From Paraburkholderia acidipaludis NBRC 101816 (GTDB lineage Bacteria; Pseudomonadota; Gammaproteobacteria; Burkholderiales; Burkholderiaceae), in NCBI RefSeq assembly GCF_000684975.1, contig NZ_BAXZ01000018.1, forward strand, positions 4,924 to 36,923: 32,000 nt of DNA, given 5' to 3'. Shown piece after piece: positions 1 through 9,100 of this stretch. The notes beneath the pieces were generated by a model that worked only from the letters and a program-made list of their open reading frames with translations, ran no database searches and was not told the DNA's origin. Each line of letters starts with the position of its first letter. Positions within the stretch are counted from its first letter, which is position 1. A program made the position numbers and the translations under genes.

Positions 1-1
1 C

Positions 2-1192
2 CTCGACGTGCAGCGTTTCGCCGTGCAGACGCTGGTCCTCTGTCCGACGCGCGAACTGGCCGATCAGGCCGCGCAGGAAATTCGCCGCCTCGCCCGCGCG
101 GAGCAGAACATCAAGGTATTGACGCTGTGCGGCGGCACGCCCATGGCCCCTCAGACCGCGAGTCTCGAGCACGGCGCCCATGTTGTCGTCGGCACGCCGG
201 GCCGCATCATGGACCATCTGGCGCGCGGCAACCTCGACGTCGGCGCGCTGAATACGCTCGTGCTCGACGAGGCGGACCGGATGCTCGACATGGGCTTCTT
301 CGACGATATCGCCACCGTCGTGGACCAATGCCCCAAGGAACGCCAGACCCTGCTGTTCTCGGCCACCTACCCGGAGGGGATCGCCCGGCTGAGCCGGCAA
401 TTCCTGCGTAATCCGAAGGAAATCAAGCTCGAAGAGCGTCACGACAGCAGCAAGATCCGCCAGCGCTTTTACGAGGTGGCCGAGGAAGAGCGGCTGCACG
501 CGGTGGGCATGCTGCTGAATCACTATCGTCCGGTGAGCACGCTGGCGTTCTGCAATACGAAACAACAGTGCCGCGATCTGCTCGACGTGTTGCGCGCGCA
601 GGGTTTCCATGCGTTGGCGCTGCATGGCGAACTGGAGCAGCGCGAGCGCGATCAGGTGCTGATCCGCTTCGCGAACCGCAGCTGCTCGGTGCTCGTTGCG
701 ACCGACGTGGCGGCCCGCGGCCTCGACATTGCGCAACTCGAAGCCGTGATCAACGTGGACGTGACGCCCGACCCGGATGTGCACGTACACCGCATCGGCC
801 GCACGGGCCGCGCCGATCAGGACGGCTGGGCATTGAGCCTCGCCAGCATGGACGAGATGGGGCGGGTGGGCAGCATCGAGCAGGCGCAGAAACAGGATGT
901 CGAATGGCACAAGCTGGCCGATCTGAAGGCCGCCAGCAACGAGCCCCTGCTGCCGCCGATGGAAACGCTGCAAATCCTTGGCGGGCGCAAGGAAAAAATT
1001 CGTCCGGGTGACGTGCTGGGAGCGCTGACGGGTGATGCGGGCTTCAGCGCTTCCCAGATCGGCAAGATCAACGTAACCGACTTTTCGACCTATGTGGCCG
1101 TCGATCGCAGCATTGCCCGCGAGGCGTTGCGCAGGCTCGGGGCGGGGAAGGTCAAGGGCAAGAAGGTCAAGGTCCGGATGATGGACGAATAG
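2..1192 (+). CDS. dbpA: ATP-dependent DEAD-box RNA helicase DbpA (5' end lies upstream of the window)
   Basis: Frame is open from the window edge. Helicase motifs PTRELA, VLDEADRMLDMGF (DEAD box), FSAT, ATDVAARGLDI and HRIGRTGRA are present. The C-terminal DbpA-type RNA-binding tail is present (IRPGDVLGALTG...GKINVTDFSTYVAV). Confidence 0.9.
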   Translation, partial: LDVQRFAVQTLVLCPTRELADQAAQEIRRLARAEQNIKVLTLCGGTPMAPQTASLEHGAHVVVGTPGRIMDHLARGNLDVGALNTLVLDEADRMLDMGFFDDIATVVDQCPKERQTLLFSATYPEGIARLSRQFLRNPKEIKLEERHDSSKIRQRFYEVAEEERLHAVGMLLNHYRPVSTLAFCNTKQQCRDLLDVLRAQGFHALALHGELEQRERDQVLIRFANRSCSVLVATDVAARGLDIAQLEAVINVDVTPDPDVHVHRIGRTGRADQDGWALSLASMDEMGRVGSIEQAQKQDVEWHKLADLKAASNEPLLPPMETLQILGGRKEKIRPGDVLGALTGDAGFSASQIGKINVTDFSTYVAVDRSIAREALRRLGAGKVKGKKVKVRMMDE

Positions 1193-1199
1193 CCGGCAT

Positions 1200-2909
1200 T
1201 CATGAGGCCACGACGTGGGGACCGATCGCGCTGAGCCAGCAGGTCACGGCGACAGCGCCGCCGTCGGGCGAGCCAATCGCACGATCGCCCAGATAGCTTG
1301 CGCGGCCGGCGCGCGGTTTCATCGTGGAGGTTGCCTCGGCGCCGAGCTTTGCGGACGAGACGGCCCGCGAAAAAGCGACGGCCGCGGGGCAGCCCGATCG
1401 CAGTTCCTGCGCGAACGTATCGGCAGCGGGGATGAGGGCATCGAGCATCGTTCTGTCACCGGCCTTGGCGCCGCCGAGCTCGCCGACGGCCTCGACGGCC
1501 GCTCTGAAGGCATCGGCCCAATCGTGGGCGGAAGGCTGGGGCGTTTCCGCGAGACGTCGTGACGCGCGCAGCAGCGCCGTGGCATAGAAGGGACCGGAGC
1601 TGCCTGCGACGGCTCGGCGTAGCGCGCCGCCCAAAGCGGCGAGCGCACCGGCGGGGTTGGCGAAGGCCGGGTCGGGGAGGGCGAGGATGGCGTCTGCGGC
1701 GCGCTTCATGCTGATGCCGAGGTCGCCGTCGCCGGCGAGGGAATCCAGCTCGGTGAGGCGCGGTTCGTCAGCGATCAGGGCGTGAGCGGCAGCGGTGAGC
1801 GCCGGCTTGAGGCGGGAGATCCATGCCTGGGCGGCCGCGTCGAGAATCGTCGGAGTTTCGCCGGCGCGCGTGACCGGCGAGTCCATCCGGATATCGGCGC
1901 TGACGCTGCCGCCGCGCGGCCACGCGCGGGCCAGCGTGGGCGCGTCGAGCAACGCGAGCCGGTCGTTATCGACGCGCAGGACGGAAACGGAGCAGCCGGG
2001 CATGTTCAACGCCGAGAGCAGGGTGCCCGACCATGCCCGCTCGACGGCGATCCCCTTTCCCGTCAACGCTTCCCAGGCCGCGCGCAGGACGATGTCCAGT
2101 TCCATCTGCGGCGTGGCTCCGAGGCCATTCACGAGGAGTGCTACACGTTCGCCTGCCGCGAGCCCCATGTCCTCCAGAATATTCGAGAGCAGGGTTCGGG
2201 TGATCTCGTCGGCCGGCTGTGGCGCGGTTCGCTCGACGCCTTTTTCGCCGTGAATGCCGAGGCCTAGCTCGATCTCGTCGTCTGCCAGCGTGAAGCCGGA
2301 TTTTTCGACGCCGGGTAGCGTGCAGCCGTCCAGCGCCACCCCCATCGATCCCAGGTTTGCCGCGGCGGCGCGCGCGGCAGACGTCACCTGATCGAGCGGG
2401 AGCCCTTGTTCTGCGGCGGCTCCGGCGACTTTATGCACGAGCACCGTTCCGGCGATTCCGCGGCGGCGATCGCGCGTCGTGTGCCGGCGAAGCGAAACGT
2501 CGTCGGCCACGATCACCACTTCGACGGGAATGCCTTCGGCGCGTGCGAGCTCGGCGGCGAGGCCGAAGTTCAGCCGATCCCCCGTGTAGTTCTTGACGAT
2601 CAGGACGGCGCCGGCGGGACCCGCGGTTGCGCGGATGGCGGCAAGGACTTCGTCGGTGGACGGCGAGGTGAACACCTGGCCGCACACCGCGGCGCTCAGC
2701 ATGCCGGCCCCGACATAACCCGCGTGCGCGGGTTCGTGGCCGCTGCCGCCGCCCGAGATGATGGCGACGGGTCGATTGAAGACTTCGGGCAGATCACGGC
2801 GAACGAGCACATTTTCGTCGCCCAGGATAGCGGTGTTCGGAGCCAGCCTGGCAATGCCCTCGAGCATTTCCCGAACGACGTTCGATGGATCGTTGATGAG
2901 CTTCTTCAT
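1200..2909 (-). CDS. Dihydroxyacetone kinase, fused DhaK-DhaL type (ATP-dependent DAK family)
   Basis: 569-aa ORF. N-terminal DhaK signature ISGGGSGHEPAHAGYVG and C-terminal DhaL signature AGDGDLGISM. Convergent with dbpA, 7 nt apart. Confidence 0.9.
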   Translation of the reverse strand: MKKLINDPSNVVREMLEGIARLAPNTAILGDENVLVRRDLPEVFNRPVAIISGGGSGHEPAHAGYVGAGMLSAAVCGQVFTSPSTDEVLAAIRATAGPAGAVLIVKNYTGDRLNFGLAAELARAEGIPVEVVIVADDVSLRRHTTRDRRRGIAGTVLVHKVAGAAAEQGLPLDQVTSAARAAAANLGSMGVALDGCTLPGVEKSGFTLADDEIELGLGIHGEKGVERTAPQPADEITRTLLSNILEDMGLAAGERVALLVNGLGATPQMELDIVLRAAWEALTGKGIAVERAWSGTLLSALNMPGCSVSVLRVDNDRLALLDAPTLARAWPRGGSVSADIRMDSPVTRAGETPTILDAAAQAWISRLKPALTAAAHALIADEPRLTELDSLAGDGDLGISMKRAADAILALPDPAFANPAGALAALGGALRRAVAGSSGPFYATALLRASRRLAETPQPSAHDWADAFRAAVEAVGELGGAKAGDRTMLDALIPAADTFAQELRSGCPAAVAFSRAVSSAKLGAEATSTMKPRAGRASYLGDRAIGSPDGGAVAVTCWLSAIGPHVVAS

Positions 2910-3194
2910 GTTGGGCTTCGGCGGTGGTTGGGTGTGAGTTCAGCGCTCTGGCGAGTGCATCTAGCGCATTACAAAGGGCGGCAATATTGGTATCGGTAGA
3001 TTGCGATCCCGGACATTATGATCCCTGCGGAGTTTCGGTCTCTCAGTGTGCTTTCCGGGACCTCGTTTGGGGTGGGCTCTTTATCAATATAATTTTACAT
3101 AATGCAAATTATCGAAATTTCTCCTGTAGCAGCTATATCCTAATGTCGTGTTCTGGCTATTTACAGATGTCGTGTTTTTGACCACTGGCATGCA

Positions 3195-3634
3195 GTGCTT
3201 CGGAGCTAAAGTGTGAATGCGGCTAGGTTATCTTTCGATATTCACAGAATTGCTCCCCTGAATCGCACATTCACAAGTTTGATACGCGGCCGGTCTGGCC
3301 CATTCGACGCTCAGAGATTTGCTCCAAAGCAACGTGCTTCGGAGCAAAATTGTGCATGCGGCCAATTTATCTAAGAGTGAAGTTCGGGGATTGGCTGGCC
3401 AATGGTTTGCCTCGGAAACCTGCGATATGCAAAAGTTTGCTCCGCGAATTGCACACTCAGGTTTGGTAGTCAGCCGTACTGGCCCGTTTTTCGACATTCA
3501 CGGATTTGCTCCGAAGTACTCCATGGCCACCTATCTATGCTCCGGACGCACTACAACCGCATACGATTGCTCCGGCTATGAACTAGCGGGCGAAAACCGA
3601 ATGCCCATGCTCCGGCGCACTAAATCGCGGATAC
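3195..3634. repeat. Degenerate tandem/inverted repeat array built on a TGCTCC(G) core
   Basis: Exact TGCTCC occurs at 3251, 3320, 3438, 3507, 3538, 3568 and 3608 on the plus strand and at 3341-3346 on the minus strand. gtgcttcggagc occurs at 3195-3206 and 3334-3345, each followed by a conserved tail of about 27 nt. An 82-nt unit at 3249-3330 is repeated at 3436-3517. An imperfect 25-nt palindrome lies at 3321-3345. Confidence 0.75.
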
Positions 3635-4018
3635 CTTGATAGTCCGCTGGGAAAGCTGCTATCTCGCTTTGCCCCCTTCTACTCCGACGGCCTCAGGCCG
3701 CTACCCCACCAGGCGGTACTTCCCCTCTTTTCGCATGGCCGGAAGGGCGTGCCGCGTGGAGACACGCGGGGGACGCGGTGGTGACGCTGTAGTGTGCGCC
3801 GCCTGTCCTCGGGTTCGCCGCCGCGAACACCTACCTCCACCCAGGCCGCTCGCCTTCATCTGGTTTTAAATTACAAGAAACCCTATAACATCGGAAAGGT
3901 CTAAATGGCCTCATGAGGCGCTCTGGGTCTGCATGCCTGCCGCCTATGCCCTTCCTGCGAGGGCCCTGTCACAAAAGCATCGCCAGACCTTCTATTTTCG
4001 TCCCATTGGGAGACATCA

Positions 4019-5458
4019 ATGGCGAACAACGAACCTGGACCGGATCTGTCGTCCGATGACGGCAATAGCGACTTTCATGGGCAGGCCGCGCCGGAGAGCG
4101 TTGGCCGCGCCGTCGCGGACGCGTACCACACCAAACTTGACCTAAGCCTCGGCCGGGACGATATCGCCTACGTCGCGGGCATTTTTCATTTTCAGAAGAA
4201 GTCTGACGATTCCTACATTGACGAGGCAGTCCTTCGCGCCATCTACGAACCCGTAAACGAAATGGTGAACGGCGACCCGGACACCATTCAACAGCGTTGC
4301 ACCAACGCGCTTTCCCGCCTGAAGTCGCAGAGCATCCTGATTCGTGCCGACGCGGGTGGGGTCTGGGAGGAGGGCCGATACACTCTCTCGACGCTGGGCA
4401 ATGCGATCGGCCGATATATCAGCGACGAGAGCAGTTTGACGGTGCAAAGTCTCACGATCCTGCTCTCGCGCATCCGCGCGGAGCTTGCCGATGTAATCGC
4501 TACGGCCCGCTCTGCGAACGAAACTACGGACTGGGACGCCACGGTGGTCGCCCTGCTCCGATATCTGGTCACGGATCTACTTGAGGCTCTGGAGCGCCGG
4601 GCGCGTGGGTTGGATATCTCGAACCAGCAACTTCGGCGACAAATCACCAGCCTCTTTCATCAAAAATGGGGAGATGCGGCGGACATCTGTAAGTCGATGC
4701 TGAATAGCGTCATGAGCACGCTGTTTGAGTTGTATTCCGTCCTCACCGAGCAAGTTGAGTCGCTGACCCGGCTGCTCGATGACATCGCGGAGTTTTCAGA
4801 CCGCGATGCGGCCATTCTGCCTTTGGTAGAGAGCCTGCGCACACAGTTGCACCGTTTGCACAACTGGAGTATGCAGCGTCACACCGAATGGGCAAATTAC
4901 CACGGGATGGTGATGACTTTCATCCGGACTCACGTGCAAATGGACCCGGACAACCGCATGCGTGGCCGAATCCGGGACCACATTCAGCGCTTCCCCGAGA
5001 CGCCCTACTATCTTGTCGTGCTGGACCCCGTCCCGTTCCTGCACATGCGGGAAGTCGAGCGGCCCGACAAGAACCACCAGGTTGATGTGCCCGCCTTCGC
5101 CTTCGCTAACCGGAAAGTGGCAGACGTCGGCGTGCCGCGGGAAAGCGACATCGGGCAGGTGATCAAGCGGATGCTGGCTCGTCTGGAACAAGATGGAGAG
5201 ATCGACCTCGCCACGTCGATTGTCACTGATGGCGCTCACCTGAGCGACCTCGACTGGTATGTGCTGATTTCACGAGTAACACCGCTCTTGCTGGATCGCG
5301 GTATCCCCCCGGCCGCGTTGAGTGCACGCCGTTGGGCGGCGCTGAGCGCCCGACTGGAAACGCAGTCGCTCAAACTGCGTTCGCGCTCGATGCCTGCCGA
5401 CGAAACTCAGCCAAATCCAGAAGCGCAGCATCCTGCCGAGGGAGAAAACGATGTCTAG
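4019..5458 (+). CDS. jetA: MukF-like kleisin subunit (JetA/MksF class)
   Basis: 479 aa with a GGGAGA Shine-Dalgarno 6 nt upstream. Colinear with E. coli MukF as I recall it. YTLSTLGNAIGRYI matches YRLTPLGIGITDYY, FHQKWGDAADICKSML matches LNKDWRAAISSCELLL, and FIRTHVQMDPDNRMRGRIRDHIQRF matches [26 protein letters not shown]. The stop overlaps the next gene by 8 nt. Confidence 0.85.
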   Translation: MANNEPGPDLSSDDGNSDFHGQAAPESVGRAVADAYHTKLDLSLGRDDIAYVAGIFHFQKKSDDSYIDEAVLRAIYEPVNEMVNGDPDTIQQRCTNALSRLKSQSILIRADAGGVWEEGRYTLSTLGNAIGRYISDESSLTVQSLTILLSRIRAELADVIATARSANETTDWDATVVALLRYLVTDLLEALERRARGLDISNQQLRRQITSLFHQKWGDAADICKSMLNSVMSTLFELYSVLTEQVESLTRLLDDIAEFSDRDAAILPLVESLRTQLHRLHNWSMQRHTEWANYHGMVMTFIRTHVQMDPDNRMRGRIRDHIQRFPETPYYLVVLDPVPFLHMREVERPDKNHQVDVPAFAFANRKVADVGVPRESDIGQVIKRMLARLEQDGEIDLATSIVTDGAHLSDLDWYVLISRVTPLLLDRGIPPAALSARRWAALSARLETQSLKLRSRSMPADETQPNPEAQHPAEGENDV

Positions 5459-6119
5459 TGAACTGATGGAGGTCATCGCCGATGACCGCTATCCACAAGC
5501 CGATCTGTTGCTTCGCCAGGGGAAGCATCTCGGTACTGATGGTGACGCCAGCCTGTACGACTTCATTCACTCTAACCAGGACTGCCTGGCCTCTTACTAC
5601 CGCCGTTATGGGGTACTGCTGCAGAGCGGTCCCGAAGGCTATTTCTACCTCCTGCCCGTCAGCGCGGACAGGGCCCCGCTAGGCCGGCGCCATCTTGGCC
5701 TGCTCGACATGCTCGTTGGCCAGACGCTTGCCCTAATGATGCTTGACCCGCAATGGCTGGAGACCAATCGGCGCATCCCGGACCTCCAGGTTCTGGCCTC
5801 GCTGGAGCAATTGTTGGGCACGAAGCAACTCCTGCGCTACGCGGGCCGCAAGCGCGGTCAGAATGATGAGTTAGACGCGCAGAAATTACGCGAATCGCTG
5901 GCGGGCACCATGAAGACCCTCGAGCGATTGGGATTCATCAAGCGGGAGGGCCGGGGCGAGAGTGCTGTCGTGATCCCCCTCTCCCCCGTCATGCGCTTCG
6001 CCGACCCGGTCCGTACGAGCACCGACGTGACCGAGGACGCGATGCGCCGGCTGATCCAGGAAGGACAAATTGATCTCTTGCCAGATAACCGCAAGAACGC
6101 CGCGCCTGTCGACGACTGA
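5451..6119 (+). CDS. jetB: MukE-like subunit (JetB/MksE class)
   Basis: 222 aa. Matches to E. coli MukE include LRQGKHLG vs LRSGRHIG, YYRRYGVLLQSGPEGYFYLLP vs [28 protein letters not shown] vs LDMMVGK and AMRRLIQEGQ vs AQRRLIRDGE. Confidence 0.88.
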   Translation: MSSELMEVIADDRYPQADLLLRQGKHLGTDGDASLYDFIHSNQDCLASYYRRYGVLLQSGPEGYFYLLPVSADRAPLGRRHLGLLDMLVGQTLALMMLDPQWLETNRRIPDLQVLASLEQLLGTKQLLRYAGRKRGQNDELDAQKLRESLAGTMKTLERLGFIKREGRGESAVVIPLSPVMRFADPVRTSTDVTEDAMRRLIQEGQIDLLPDNRKNAAPVDD

Positions 6120-6178
6120 CGAGCCAGCCAGGCGCCGCGAGCATAGGCCTTGATCAACCCAGTACCGAAGGATTTTCC

Positions 6179-9100
6179 ATGCCCAAGCTGACACGTGCGT
6201 GCCACCGTCACCTGTTGCTCGCCAACTGGCGGAGCGTCCCTTTTCAGGTGTGCGAGACGGATCGGTTTGTCACCGGTTTGGAAGGCGACAACGGGGCGGG
6301 CAAGACGACCACTATGGCTGGCTTCCTGACGGCGATCATCCCGAATCTGCGCCTGCTCTCTTTTCCGAGCATTGCCTCAGACGGCGCAGCGGACTCCGAA
6401 GAGGCGGGCCTTTGGGGACGCCTGGGCGAAGATGGCAGCACGTCATACACAATGATCGAGTGGATCACGCCCCGCGGCGAGAGTGTCTGGGCCGGTGTGG
6501 CCCTCGCTCGTGGCACCCGCCCGAAAATCGAGGTACTGCACTACTTCACAATTCAGTTCCTGGGCGAAATTGACCCTTATGCCACGTTCCCCATGAAGTT
6601 TGGGGGCAAGTGGATCGTCCCTCCCACCTATAAGCACATGCGGGAGCATCTCACGATGCAAGGTGCAAAGGTAACGACCTACCCAAGGCTGCAGAATTAC
6701 ATGCGCGCCCTCTACGACTACGGCATCACGCCGAAGCCAATGCAAGAACAAGCAGAGCAGGCTCGCTTCTACCGCCTTCTCGCCAGCTCCATGGCAGGAA
6801 CCTCACTAGGAGCCATTGCGAAATCGGAGCTGCGCAATTTCCTTTTGAATGCGGATCCGGACGTCGGTAACGTGGTGAGCAAGATGCGAACCTGCCTGGG
6901 TGACACCCAGCGCGCCAGGCGGGAGATTGAAAACACCCAAGAGAAGCATGACGAAATCCACGGGCTCTTCGACGCCGCATGGAAAATGGTCTCCTTTGCC
7001 TATTTCGGCGCGCTAGCTCGATTCGAGCAGGTGAACGAAGCATGGCTGCATCAACTCAAAGTCGCCCGCGACCTGCGGAAACAACACCAGAACTTGCTCA
7101 CTGAGCGGGGAGTCCTTATCGAGCGTCTCGCCAGGCTCGCCTCACAGGAAGCTGCGGATGACACTACAGCGCAAGCACGCAAAACATCTCTGGATATCGC
7201 CAGGCAGGCATTTTCTCTACGTCAGCAGTTGGCTGATGCATTGCAAAACCTCCAGGCAACGGCACGCAACTTCGCCGCCGAGTCCGCTGCGAGGGTAAAG
7301 GCCGAATCGGCCGAGACCAAGGCTAATGTCGAAGACCGCGCCGCACGCGACGAACACACGAATATCTCAACCCAAATGGGGAGCCTGAACCACGCCATCG
7401 AGGCACTAATCGGCCGTGTGATTCGCCTGCGCAAGGCCCGTGAAGTTTTGGCGAAAGCCCGCCGCGTGATTGATCAGAACGTCAACGAGCACAATGCGCA
7501 AGAACTTAGGGCGGGGTTCGATGAGCGCTATCAGGACCTGACCGAACGCGCGCTGCGCACGGAAGCCAACCTGGCTGACAGCAAGGCGCGAAAAGAGGCC
7601 TTTGACCGGCTCTTTCGGCAATTGCGGACCATCTGCAATGAGGATGGGCTGACCGTGGTGGATTTCGAAGCCCATGATCGCGCAGTGGAACTCGATCTGA
7701 AGTTGCGCGACATGAATGGATTGGCCGCCCGGGTGCCGGAACTTGACTCCGCACGCGTCAACATGAATCGGTTGAGCCAGCGGCAAGAGCAAGTACGCGC
7801 AACGGCAAGCCGCTTGAATATTCAGAACTCCCGACACCTGTTGGATGAAGGCGCCCTATTGCGAGAGAAAATCGCAGATCTGGACGCAGAACGCGACAGA
7901 AAACTTGACCGCAAGCAGATTTTGCTGAGCCAGGAAACCGACGCATCGAGAAAAGTGAATGAGTTGGTAGACGCGGATAAGGCGTATCGTCAACGTCGGG
8001 AACTTCAGCAGCAGCTGTGCGCACTGGACAAGGACTTTGAGACCATCACTAACCGTGACTATTTGGAGGAAGCCCGAGATAACGTCAATGTCCGGCTTGT
8101 CGCCGCTTTGGACAACCGACGCGAAAAGGAGAATTGGCTTCGGGCGCTGACGGAAATTATCCGTAGGTTACGCAGCGGCTTCGGCACAATCGACCAACGT
8201 GTCGGATCAGTCGCCGGGCATGTTGAAGGCTACTTACTTTCTGGCGAATTTGAAGATCTGGACGTCGAGGAAGCGGCACGCACCCAAGCGCGCCTTGGTC
8301 CCTGGATGGAGGCGATTGTCGTTGATGACCCTGAGTCCGCGGCCAAGATGGCCATCGACCTGCCGGACCGGCCCGAAAATTTACATTTCGTGCGCAGCGA
8401 CTTCGCTGCTGGACAACGTATTGGAGTCACGCTGGGCGACAGTGAAATTGTGAGCGAAGGGGTCGATGGAGCCGGCGTCCGCCTGTCGCGCCATCCTGAT
8501 CAGCCGGTTCTTGGTCGGAAAGCGCGGGAGGCTGATATTGAGCGACGAGAGAAAGAAAAGGCCGAAGTCGAGAGCGAGTTGGCGAGCCTGCGCGGCTATA
8601 GCGGGGTGTTAAAGCGAATCCTGGAACTGACTGAGCAACTTCTCGCGCTCGGACAATCGGTATGGCACGACGACCCCAGCCCTGCTCTGGACGAAGCGCG
8701 GGCGCGATGGTTCGGCATTCGCACAGGTCTGGCCGACCTGGAGACCGCCCTGACTAAAATTAGTGCCGACTTGGGAAAGTTGCGCGAGCGGCAGAAAGCG
8801 CTTGATGAAATCGCCGCCCACAGCGCGTTGCTCGATCAACCCACCTATCGGGACGAGGTACTGCGTGTCGAGGATGACTTGCGGACTTGCCGTACCGCAG
8901 CGGACTGGGTAAAGCGCTTCGAAAGCCCGGTGCGCGAAATTCTGGAAGGACTACCGATCCTGAGTCGATTGCCAGAGCCGGCAGAAATTGAACGAGAAGC
9001 GGCGGCCCTGGCCAATATCATCCTGGAGCGCAATGCTGCCGCGGCCTCGAGCGATGCACTTGGGGCTCTTCTCACGGTCGCTGGCGATCTTGCGTTCACT

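Noticed and set aside
3195-3634. Possibility that the repeat array is a CRISPR array
   Set aside because: The repeats are degenerate, occur in both orientations and have irregular spacing (30, 40, 139 and 187 nt). No cas genes are present.
3813-3828. GTTCGC/GCGAAC hairpin as a tRNA T-arm or tRNA-derived att site
   Set aside because: The loop is 4 nt rather than 7, there is no GTTCGAATC-type T-loop, and no acceptor or anticodon arms can be drawn around it.
3228-4145. ORFs in the leader (3228-3497 -, 3319-3639 +, 3636-3869 +, 3933-4145 +)
   Set aside because: Their repeated peptide motifs simply mirror the DNA repeats. They have no ribosome-binding sites, odd composition and mutual overlap. 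The region is treated as non-coding.
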